Below the pieces are notes generated by a model. The model was not told where the DNA came from and ran no database searches. It saw nothing but the letters and a program-made list of their open reading frames with translations. This document shows positions 15,660 through 24,000 of a stretch of DNA of 24,000 nt, in pieces; within the stretch, counting starts at the first letter, position 1; every line of letters begins with the position of its first letter. Location of the stretch: positions 1,852,931 to 1,876,930 of the forward strand of contig CAVTAX010000002.1 of NCBI GenBank assembly GCA_963732825.1, in the 5' to 3' direction. The translations under genes and the position numbers were made by a program. The DNA is from an uncultured Actinomycetota bacterium (GTDB lineage Bacteria > Actinomycetota > Actinomycetes > Streptomycetales > Streptomycetaceae).

Positions 15660-18600
15660 CTACAGCACCACGGAGTTCAAGAACTCCGCGGTCCACACGA
15701 GCAGTTCCCGACCGACCACCGGCTTGCCTCCAATGGTGCCGGTGGTCGGTCGCGGTACGAGGACCTGTTTCGTGGCTGCCTTCAGCACGCTGCGCGGATG
15801 CAGCCGCTTGAGCCGCAGCTCCTGCGACTCGCGCAACTCCACCGGGCCGAACCGCACGTTGCCGCCCTGCAGGGTGATGTCGGCGACCCCGGCCCGCCGG
15901 GCCAGCAGCCGCAGCCCCGCCACCAGCAGCAGGTTCTCCACCGGTTCGGGCAACGGGCCGTAGCGGTCGGCCAGTTCGTCGCGCACCGCCTTGATGTCGT
16001 CCTCGGAGTCGACCGAGGCGATGGACCGGTACGCCTGGAGGCGCAGCCGCTCGCCGGGCGCGTAGTCGTGCGGGACGTGCGCGTCGACCGGCAGCTCGAT
16101 CTTGACCTCCAGCGGCGCCTGTTCCACCGCGCCGCCCGATTCAAGCGCCGTCCGGTAGTCGGCCACCGCCGCGCCGACCATCCGCACGTACAGGTCGAAG
16201 CCGACGCCCGCGATGTGCCCGGACTGCTCGCCGCCCAGCAGGTTGCCGGCGCCGCGGATCTCCAGGTCCCTCATCGCCACGTACATGCCCGCGCCCATCT
16301 CGGTGTGCTGCGCGATCGTCGCCAGCCGCTCGTGGGCGGTCTCCGTCAGCGGCTTCTCCGGCGGGTACAGGAAGTAGGCGTAACCGCGCTCGCGGGAGCG
16401 GCCCACCCGGCCGCGCAGCTGGTGCAGCTGACTCAGGCCGAAGACGTCACCGCGTTCTACGATGAGGGTGTTGGCGTTGGCGATGTCGATGCCGGACTCC
16501 ACGATCGTGGTGGAGACCAGCACGTCGAAGCGCTTCTCCCAGAAGTCGACGACCACCTGCTCCAGGGCGTTCTCCCCCATCTGCCCGTGCGCGGTGGCGA
16601 TCCGGGCCTCCGGCACCAGTTCACGCAGCCGCGCCGCCGCCCGGTCGATCGACTCCACCCGGTTGTGGATGTAGAAGACCTGCCCCTCGCGCAGCAGCTC
16701 CCGGCGGATGGCCGCGGCGATCTGCCGGTTCTCGTACGGTCCGACGAACGTCAGCACCGGGTGCCGTTCCTCCGGCGGCGTGGTGATCGTCGACATCTCC
16801 CGGATGCCGGTCACCGCCATCTCCAGGGTGCGCGGGATCGGGGTGGCCGACATCGTCAGCACGTCCACGTTGGCCCGCAGCTTCTTCAGCTGCTCCTTGT
16901 GCTCGACGCCGAAGCGCTGCTCCTCGTCGACGATGACCAGGCCCAGGTTCTTGAACCGCGTCCCCGAGGCGAACAGCCGGTGCGTGCCGATCACGATGTC
17001 GACCGTGCCGTCGAACAGCCCCTCCACCACGACCTTCGCCTCGTGGTCGGTCTGGAACCGCGACAGCGCGCGGACGTTCACCGGGAACTGCCCGTAGCGT
17101 TCGGTGAACGTGCCGAAGTGCTGCTGCACGAGCAGCGTGGTCGGCACCAGCACCGCCACCTGCTTGCCGTCCTGCACCGCCTTGAAGGCGGCGCGCACCG
17201 CGATCTCCGTCTTGCCGTAGCCGACGTCGCCGCAGATCAGCCGGTCCATCGGGACCGACTTCTCCATGTCCTCCTTGACCTCGGCGATCGTGGTCAGCTG
17301 GTCGGCGGTCTCGGTGTAGGGGAACGCGTCCTCCAGCTCCCGCTGCCACGGGGTGTCCGGCGCGAACGCGTGGCCGGGCGCCGCCATCCGCGCCGAGTAC
17401 AGCTTGATCAGGTCGGCGGCGATCTCCTTGACCGCCTTCTTCGCCCGCGCCTTCGTCTTCGTCCAGTCCGCGCCGCCCAGCCGGTGCAGCGTCGGGGCCT
17501 CACCACCGACGTACTTGGTGACCTGCTCCAGCTGGTCGGTCGGCACGAACAGCCGGTCGCCGGGCTGCCCGCGCTTCGCCGGCGCGTACTCCACCAGCAG
17601 GTACTCGCGGGTGGCGCCCTGCACCGTGCGCTGCACCATCTCGACGTACCGGCCCACGCCGTGCTGCTCGTGCACGATGTAGTCGCCCTGCTGGAGGGTG
17701 AGCGGGTCGATGGTCTTGCGGCGCCGCGACGGCATGCGGCCCATGTCCTTGCTCACCGACCGCTGGCCCGACAGGTCGGACTCGGTCAGCACCGCCAGCC
17801 GCAACCCCGGGTGCACGAAGCCGTGCTCCAGCGCCGCGCACGAGACGTGTACCAGCGCCGGTTCCGGTTCGTCCGGCAGACTCGCGTCCAGCCGCGCCGC
17901 GATCCCCTCGCCGCCCAGCACCTCGACGGTGCGCGACGCCGGGCCGTGGCCCTCGGTGAGGTACACCACCTGCCAGCCCTCGGCCAGCCAGCCCTTGGTG
18001 TCCGCCAGCGCCCGCGCGCTGTCGCCCCGGTAGGTCTCCGGCGCCCGCATCCCCAGCACCAGGGTGTCGGCGTCCAGCTCCTGGTCCTGCGCGAACTGGC
18101 TCAGCGACCACCACGGCACACCGGTGTCCTGCGCGTGCGCCCGCACGTCCGCCAGTGCCCACAGGCTGGCCGCCCCCAGGTCGATCGGCGCCTCACCGCC
18201 GCCGGCCGTCGCCGCCCAGGACGCCTCCAGGAACTCCCGGCTGGTCGCCACCAGGTCCGCCGCCCGGGTCCGCACCCGTTCCGGGTCGCAGGCGACGACC
18301 AGCGACCCGGACGGCATGACGTCCATCACCAACTCCATGTCGTCCACCAGCACCGGCGCCAGCGACTCCATGCCCTCCACGGCGATGCCCTCGGCGATCC
18401 GGCCCAGCAGGTCGCCCAGCTCCGGGTGCAGCTTCGCCAGCTCCGCCGCGCGCTCCCGCACCGGGTCCGTCAGCAGCAGCTCCCGGCACGGCGGCGCCCA
18501 CAGCCCGTGCTCGGCGACCTCCAGACTGCGCTGGTCGGCCACCTTGAAGTACCGGATCTCCTCGACGTCGTCGCCCCAGAACTCCACCCGCAGCGGGTGC

Positions 18601-19192
18601 TCCTCGGTCGGGGGAAAACGTCCAGGATGCCGCCGCGCACCGCGAACTCGCCGCGTTTCTCCACCAGTTCGACCCGCGCGTAGGCGGCCGCGGCCAGCGC
18701 CTCCACCACCGCCGGCAGGTCGAAGCTCTCCCCGGTGCGCAACGCCACCGGCTCCAGGTCGCCCAGCCCCTTGACCTGCGGCTGCAGCACGGAACGCACG
18801 GGGGCGACCACCACGGAGACCGGTCCGGCCGCCGGGTCGTCGGCACTCGGGTGCGCGAGGCGCCGCAGCACGGCCAGCCGCCGCCCCACGGTGTCGCTGC
18901 GCGGGCTGAGCCGCTCGTGGGGCAGCGTCTCCCACGCGGGGTACTCCACCACCGCGTCCGGCGGCAGCAACGACCGCAGCGCGGCGGCCAGGTCCTCCGC
19001 CTCCCGCCCCGTCGCCGTCACGGCCAGCACCGGCCGCCCCGCCCGGGCCGCGAGCGCCGCCAGCACGAACGGCCGGGCGCCGGGCGGACCGACCAGGTCC
19101 AGCCACGCCCGGTTCCCGTCCTCCGCGGCCCCGACCGCCTCCCCCAGGGCGGAATCCTTGATCACGACGTCCAGCAGACCGTTGAGGCTCAT
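15660..19192 (-). pseudogene. mfd: Transcription-repair coupling factor Mfd, reading frame broken by a 1-nt deficit in a homopolymer run (or a sequencing error)
   Basis: The N-terminal part is in track ORF 18470..19291, from MSLNGLLDV (ATG rc 19190-19192) to ...EKRGEFAVRGGILDVFP. The canonical continuation PTEEHPLRVEFWGDDVEEIRYFKVADQRS... through the helicase motifs (GDVGYGKTE, DEEQRFGV, LTMSATPIPRT) to the C-terminus is in the other frame (track ORF 15660..19106). The switch occurs at G5 on the plus strand (18610-18614). The total span of 3533 nt is one nt short of a multiple of three. Confidence 0.9.
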
Positions 19193-19332
19193 GCGGGCCA
19201 GCCTATGCCTCCGGCGGCCCCCGGGTTCCGCCACGCCCCCGCCCACCACTCCTGCCTGGGTGCGCGGCCCCACAACGCGCCCCGCCCCCACCCCCGCCGG
19301 GACGCCGATCCGCAGACGCCCCCCCGCTCCCC

Positions 19333-19360
19333 AGGGGCGCGAGGAACTGCGCGAACACCC
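19333..19360 (+). repeat. Copy C of the interspersed repeat (AGGGGCGCGAGGAACTGCGCGAACACCC)
   Basis: It matches copies A and B in the AGGGGCGCG[A/G]GGAAC[C/T]GCGCGA core. It lies in the intergenic region between the mfd start and the ABC permease stop. Confidence 0.6.
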
Positions 19361-19435
19361 CCACCGGCCCGAGGACCAAAAACAACACCGACCAACCGCG
19401 GCGAGTGGGACGGCGTACCCCGAGTGGGAACGGCA

Positions 19436-19469
19436 ACGCCCCGCGCCCGGAGAAGAGGGCGCGGGGCGT
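19436..19469 (-). terminator. Perfect 13-bp stem / 8-nt loop hairpin downstream of the ABC transporter operon
   Basis: ACGCCCCGCGCCC (19436-19448) pairs with GGGCGCGGGGCGT (19457-19469). It lies 27 nt after the permease stop on the minus strand. Confidence 0.55.
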
Positions 19470-19495
19470 GGGGGATCCCGGGGCGGGACCCGCGG

Positions 19496-22072
19496 TCAGT
19501 CCGTGGCGATGGCGTTGAGGATGTTCATCCGGGAGGCCCGGAACGCCGGCAGGACGGCTGCCAGGCGGCCGACGATCGCGGCGCCGACGAAGACGACGAC
19601 GATCGTGGACCACGGGATGGACAGCGTGTTGAGACCCTGCGTGGCCAGCACCTTCTGGCCGGAGACGCCCCAGGCGAGGCCCAGGACGACACCGATCACC
19701 GCGCCGAAGAGCGCGATCACGATGGACTCCTTGCGGATCATGCCCCGCATCTGGCGGCGGGACATGCCGATCGCCCGGCTCAGGCCGATCTCCCGGGTGC
19801 GTTCGACCACCGAGAGCGCCAGGGTGTTCACCACGCCGAGGATGGCCACCACGATGGCCAGTGCGAGCAGGCCGTAGATCAGGTTCAGCAGCGAGCTGAT
19901 CTGGCTGCTGAGCTGCTTCTTGTAGTCGGCCTGGTTACGCACGGTGACCTGCGGGTACGGATGCAGGGCGGACTTGAGCGCGCTGTAGACGTGGTTGACG
20001 GCGGCGTGGTCGGAGGCCGCGGCCAGCAGCATGACGTCGCCGGGCATCACGTCGGCCGGCACGTAGCGGGCGACGGTGGAGATGCCGACCAGCATGGCGC
20101 CGTTGTTGAGCGTGCTGTCCTTGGAGGTGATCGCGGACAGCGGCAGGGTGGCGTGCTTGCCGCCCTGGCGGAAGGTGACCGGGATGCGGTCGCCGACCTT
20201 CAGGTGGTACTTGTCCGCCACGTTCCCGTCGACGGTGAAGCCGCCCTGCTGGTAGGCGTTCTCGACGGTGCCGGAGGTCGTCGGGACCCGCAGGTCGGAG
20301 ACGTACGTCGGGTCGGTCGCGTCGAAGGTGCTGCCGAGCTTCTTGCCGTCCGGCAAGGTGAGTTCGACGGGCAGCACCCGGTACTCGGTGACGTGGTCGA
20401 GGCCCTTGGTGTTCTTGACCGCGGAGACGATCTGCGGGGTGAAGGCGCCCACGTTGCTGTTGACGATGAAGTCGGCACCGACGGACTTGTCGATCTCGAC
20501 GTTCGCCGAGGCCACCATGGAGGAGCCGACCACCGACAGGCCGGCGACCAGCGCCAGTCCGATCATCAGAGCGGCAGCGGTGGCGCCGGTGCGGCGCGGG
20601 TTGCGCAGCGCGTTGCGCTGGGCGAGCCGGCCCATCGGGCCGAACGGGCGCAGCAGCACGCTGCCGAGCACCCGGATCACGGCGGCGGCCAGCAGCGGAC
20701 CGGTCACCACGAAGCCGACCAGGGTCAGCACGACGCCGAAGGCCAGCGAGCCGCCGCCGGTGGAGCCGTTGGTGGCCTTGGCCGCACCGACCAGGCAGGC
20801 GACGCCGGCCAGCGTGATGACGCCGCCGACGATGCTGCGGACGGTGATGGACCGGGCGGTCTCGTTGGCGGCGCCGGTCTCGCGCAGCGCGGCCATCGGG
20901 GAGATCTTCCCGGCCCGGCGGGAGGGCAGGTAGGCGGAGACCAGCGTGATGATGATGCCGACCGCGGCGCCCGCCAGCGGGGTGTGCGCCTGGAAGCTGA
21001 ACTCCGAGGTGTCCAGGTGCATCCCGAAGCTGTTCATCAGGCCCATCATGGCCAGCGCGAGGCCCGCGCCGACCGCGATGCCCACGGCCGAGCCGACGAT
21101 GCCGAGCAGCAGTGCCTCGATCATCACCGACCGGTTGACCTGCCGCCGGCTGGAGCCGAGCGCCCGCATCAGGCCGATCTCGCGGGTGCGCTGGGCGACC
21201 AGCATCGAGAAGGTGTTGACGATCAGGAAGATGCCGACCAGCAGGCCGATGCCGGCGAAGGCGAGCATCGCGTACTTGATGACCTTGAGGAAGCTGCCGA
21301 CGCTGTTCTTGGAGTCGGCGGTGGCCTCGGCGCGGGTCTGCAGCTTGTACCGCGGGCCCAGCTTGCTCAGCACGGACGCCTTGAGGCTGTCGTTGCTGCG
21401 GGAGCCGTCACCGTAGACCTCGACCTGGGTGAACAGGCCCGCCTTGCCCAGCAGTTCGCGCTGCGCGGTGGGGGTGTCGAGGAACAGCAGCGTGGCGCCG
21501 GGGTTGGTGCTGCGGAACGTGGCGATGCCGCTGAGCTTGGCGTCGAAGCTGCCGAACGCCGTCATGATCTTGACCGGGTCGCCCAGCCCCATGTGGGTGC
21601 GCTTGGCGGTGTCGGCGTCGAGCATGGCCTCCTGCGGGCCGCGCGGAACGTGCCCGGAGGTGACGGTCAGCGACGGGCGCGGCGAGTCCTGCCAGTTGTC
21701 GGCGATCGTCGGGGCGCCGGAGGTGGAGCTGATGCTCTTGTCGTTGCGCGGGTCGACGACGGTGACGGCCTGCGCCTCGGCATGGCCGTAGACCTTCTTC
21801 ACGCCCGGCAGGGACGCGATGCTGCTGACCAGCGAGTCAGGCATGGTGGCCGCGCGGGCCCCCTCCTGCTGGCTGCCGTTGTCCGCCTTCGGCTGGATGG
21901 TCAGGTCGGCGGCGGTGGAGTCGAAGAGCTTGTCGAACGTGGCGTTGACCGTGTCGGTGAACACGAGCGTCCCGCAGACGAAGCCGACGGACAGCACGAT
22001 GGCGATGGCCGACAGCAGCATGCGGAACTTGTGCGCGAAGAAGTTGCGCAGGGATGCCTTCCAGACGGTCAC
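19496..22072 (-). CDS. ABC transporter permease, FtsX/MacB-type (two FtsX modules, 858 aa)
   Basis: It starts MTVWKASLRNFFAHKFRMLLSAIAIVLSVGFV. Duplicated FtsX-type segments are present (VQRTREIGLMRALGSSRRQV and VERTREIGLSRAIGMSRRQM). The GTG start overlaps the ATPase stop as GTGA. Confidence 0.9.
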   Translation of the reverse strand: MTVWKASLRNFFAHKFRMLLSAIAIVLSVGFVCGTLVFTDTVNATFDKLFDSTAADLTIQPKADNGSQQEGARAATMPDSLVSSIASLPGVKKVYGHAEAQAVTVVDPRNDKSISSTSGAPTIADNWQDSPRPSLTVTSGHVPRGPQEAMLDADTAKRTHMGLGDPVKIMTAFGSFDAKLSGIATFRSTNPGATLLFLDTPTAQRELLGKAGLFTQVEVYGDGSRSNDSLKASVLSKLGPRYKLQTRAEATADSKNSVGSFLKVIKYAMLAFAGIGLLVGIFLIVNTFSMLVAQRTREIGLMRALGSSRRQVNRSVMIEALLLGIVGSAVGIAVGAGLALAMMGLMNSFGMHLDTSEFSFQAHTPLAGAAVGIIITLVSAYLPSRRAGKISPMAALRETGAANETARSITVRSIVGGVITLAGVACLVGAAKATNGSTGGGSLAFGVVLTLVGFVVTGPLLAAAVIRVLGSVLLRPFGPMGRLAQRNALRNPRRTGATAAALMIGLALVAGLSVVGSSMVASANVEIDKSVGADFIVNSNVGAFTPQIVSAVKNTKGLDHVTEYRVLPVELTLPDGKKLGSTFDATDPTYVSDLRVPTTSGTVENAYQQGGFTVDGNVADKYHLKVGDRIPVTFRQGGKHATLPLSAITSKDSTLNNGAMLVGISTVARYVPADVMPGDVMLLAAASDHAAVNHVYSALKSALHPYPQVTVRNQADYKKQLSSQISSLLNLIYGLLALAIVVAILGVVNTLALSVVERTREIGLSRAIGMSRRQMRGMIRKESIVIALFGAVIGVVLGLAWGVSGQKVLATQGLNTLSIPWSTIVVVFVGAAIVGRLAAVLPAFRASRMNILNAIATD

Positions 22073-22857
22073 GCGGTCCTCCCGCGCGCGTCGAAGGTGG
22101 CCATGCGCTCCAGGACCTTCTCGGCCGTCGGCTCGGCCATGTCGTCGACGATCCGGCCGTCGGCGAGGTAGAGCACGCGGTCCGCGTACGAGGCGGCGAC
22201 CGGGTCGTGGGTGACCATGACGATGGTCTGGCCGAGGTCGTCGACCGAGCGGCGCAGGAAGCCCAGGATCTCGGCGCCGGCGCGCGAGTCGAGGTTACCG
22301 GTGGGCTCGTCGCCGAAGATGATCTCCGGGCGGGCGGCGAGCGCGCGGGCGACCGCGACACGCTGCTGCTGGCCGCCGGACAGCTGGGTGGGCCGGTGCT
22401 TGAGGCGCGCGCTGAGACCGACGGTGTCGATGACGGTGCGCAGCCACTCCGGGTCGGGCTTGCGGCCGTCGATGTCCATCGGGAGGGTGATGTTCTCGAT
22501 GGCGTTGAGCGTCGGCAGCAGGTTGAACGCCTGGAAGATGAAGCCGATGTTGCGGCGCAGCTTGGTGAGCTGCTTGTCCTTCAGGCCGGTGATCTCGGTC
22601 TCGCCGACCCAGATCTGCCCGGAGGTGACGGTGTCGAGACCGGCCAGGCAGTGCATGAGGGTGGACTTGCCGGAGCCCGAGGGGCCCATGATGGCGGTGA
22701 ACCGCCCGCGGTGGATGTCCACGTCGACGGCGTCGAGCGCCACCACGCGGGTCTCCTCGGTGGCTCCGTAGGACTTGGTCACCGCGCGGCCGCGTGCGGC
22801 AACGGCCGAGACGCCTCCGCTGCCGTCCGTGCCGGGAAGTGTCTCAGCCGTGGTCAC
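22069..22857 (-). CDS. ABC transporter ATP-binding protein (MacB/LolD-like)
   Basis: It carries Walker A (GPSGSGKST), a Q-loop, the signature LSGGQQQRVAVARAL, Walker B (IIFGDEPTGNLD) and an H-loop (VMVTHD). I prefer the GTG at rc 22855-22857, preceded by AGGAG (rc 22866-22870). The track ORF extends to the ATG at 22911. Confidence 0.9.
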   Translation of the reverse strand: MTTAETLPGTDGSGGVSAVAARGRAVTKSYGATEETRVVALDAVDVDIHRGRFTAIMGPSGSGKSTLMHCLAGLDTVTSGQIWVGETEITGLKDKQLTKLRRNIGFIFQAFNLLPTLNAIENITLPMDIDGRKPDPEWLRTVIDTVGLSARLKHRPTQLSGGQQQRVAVARALAARPEIIFGDEPTGNLDSRAGAEILGFLRRSVDDLGQTIVMVTHDPVAASYADRVLYLADGRIVDDMAEPTAEKVLERMATFDARGRTA

Positions 22858-23495
22858 GTCGATCGCTCCTGTGGTCGTGGATGGGTCCGCCGGATCCGGC
22901 CGCCGCCGCACGGCGGGGCGCTCTCCGGCGGCATCAGCCTAGGCCGACCGGGTGGCCGGGCGAGTCCTCCGGCGGGAGGAACCGCAGGTAGGAGTCACCC
23001 GGTGACTCCCCTAGGGGGCGGCGGCCGCGGGCGGACGGCTTTTCGGGGATCTGTGCGAACGCGTCCGCATACCCGGGCCGGTGCGGGGTACGCGCGCTGT
23101 CGGTGGTGACCGGGAGACGGGGCGCGGTGACCGGTTCCGCGGGCGGTCGTGCCGGGTGGCGCGACTGAGGGAACCTGAGCCGCGCCCCGTGGGCCACCAC
23201 CCCCGCGGACGACGTCCGCCCAGCTCACAGCGGTTCTGCCGCCTCCGCCCGGTCCGCCGGCCGGCTCCGCTGCCCCGGCCGCCCCCGCGGCCCGCACCCC
23301 CGCCACTCCCCCGTGCGCGCCCCGCGCGCTCCGCGTCGCGGTGCCCCCGCACCCCGTCGCGTTCTCCCCGGACCCGGCCGGTGTCCGGATAGCGGAGACC
23401 GGCGGGAGTAGGGCGTCCGGCCGGGTCATCCCTGAGGCTGAGGCCCCTCTCCTCCCCGAGACCGAGGGGTTTTCACCCGCCCCCCGGGAACGGCC

Positions 23496-23533
23496 GAGCC
23501 CCGCTCCGGTTCCGCGGTTCCGGTGCGGGGCTC
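23496..23533 (-). terminator. Hairpin downstream of the coiled-coil protein gene
   Basis: GAGCCCCGC (23496-23504) pairs with GCGGGGCTC (23525-23533). The stem can extend by CCGG/CCGG after a T-T mismatch. It lies 21 nt after the stop at 23554. Confidence 0.45.
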
Positions 23534-23553
23534 CTCGCCGAGGGGGCGGACGG

Positions 23554-24000
23554 TCAGTCCTGGGGTTCCTGATCGTCCGGCGGGAGGGTGCGGCCGGTGA
23601 GGGCGGACAGGCTGCTGCGCACGTGCGCGAGGTGGGCGCGGATCTCGTCGCGGTGCGCCTCGTGGGACCGCAGCGCCCGGTCGCTGTCCTGGTTGACGCG
23701 CTCCTCGGTGGCCCGGGCCTGCGCGACGATCTCGGCGGCGGTGGCCTCCGCGTCGTCCTGGGTTCGGCGCGCGGCGTCATGGGCGTCGGCGTGCGCCTGC
23801 TGGGCCTCGGTGAGCAGCCGCTCGGCGCGGGCCATCAGGTCACCGAGCCGCTGGTCGACGGCCCGTTCGCGTTCGGTCAGCTCGCCGACGAGCGCGTCGA
23901 GCCGGTTGCGCTGCTCGGTCTCCATCTCCGACAGGCTGCGGGTGATGTCCTGCCGCACGCCGTCCAGCGCGCGTTCCGCTTCCGAGTCGAGCCGCTCGGC
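23554..24000 (-). CDS. Coiled-coil protein, C-terminal part (5' end beyond the right window edge)
   Basis: The frame is open to position 24000; the 'M' at 23958 in the track is an internal GTG, and upstream codons read ...AERLDSEAERALDG. It is heptad-like and rich in Glu/Arg/Ala/Gln (LVGELTERERAVDQRLGDLMARAERLLTEAQQAHADAHDAARR), with high third-position GC. I do not recognise a specific family. Confidence 0.6.
   Translation of the reverse strand, partial: AERLDSEAERALDGVRQDITRSLSEMETEQRNRLDALVGELTERERAVDQRLGDLMARAERLLTEAQQAHADAHDAARRTQDDAEATAAEIVAQARATEERVNQDSDRALRSHEAHRDEIRAHLAHVRSSLSALTGRTLPPDDQEPQD

Noticed and set aside
18595-18630. Programmed -1 ribosomal frameshifting in mfd
   Set aside because: The slippery-looking U UUC CCC CGA context exists. 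However, there is no evident downstream pseudoknot or hairpin, Mfd is not known to use recoding, and a homopolymer indel is the simpler explanation. It is reported as a frameshift/pseudogene pending resequencing.
22934-23430. Possible small protein(s) upstream of the ABC operon: the 88-aa ORF 22934..23200 (GTG start), and a Gly/Ala-rich frame from the ATG at ~23430 that might join it through a frameshift
   Set aside because: Third-position GC is only moderately elevated. Rare codons are present (CTA x2, TCA, CGA). There is no good Shine-Dalgarno sequence, no hydrophobic core or TM segment, and no recognisable motif. I kept it as part of the non-coding-region finding rather than calling a CDS.

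Overview
High-G+C, Streptomyces-type actinobacterial chromosome segment, with almost every gene on the minus strand. It reads as an ordinary conserved core neighbourhood for housekeeping, cell envelope and DNA repair, not an accessory island. From memory, the gene order resembles S. coelicolor around eno/rpfA/mfd and the M. tuberculosis mfd-mazG-eno-Rv1024-Rv1025-ppx block. Gene order, left to right:
- type II NADH dehydrogenase (5' part, runs off the left edge), with a Rex-like operator upstream
- orphan WhiJ/XRE-type regulator
- ppx, then a DUF501 protein, then divIC/ftsB, then eno
- rpfA, preceded by a clear ydaO-type (c-di-AMP) riboswitch
- a second Rpf+LysM gene
- cytochrome P450, with a divergently transcribed 73-aa hyper-acidic tandem-repeat ORF
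- endonuclease V
- two paralogous lipoproteins
- mazG, then a SurA-N-like lipoprotein
- a roughly 750-bp lower-GC intergenic region
- a secreted SLT lytic transglycosylase with an Ala/Lys-rich linker
- mfd, interrupted by a 1-nt homopolymer frameshift
- FtsX/MacB-type ABC permease plus ATPase
- roughly 640-700 bp of GC-rich, apparently non-coding DNA (depending on which ATPase start is used)
- the 3' part of a coiled-coil protein gene
I saw no tRNA, rRNA, CRISPR array, transposase or integrase, and I found no convincing undescribed multi-gene system. The items most worth a second look are the small repeat ORF next to the P450, the broken mfd, a short GC-rich repeat present at three intergenic sites, and the structured leader upstream of the SLT gene. 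Most long ORFs in the supplied track are antisense or out-of-frame shadows, which are typical of high-GC DNA.
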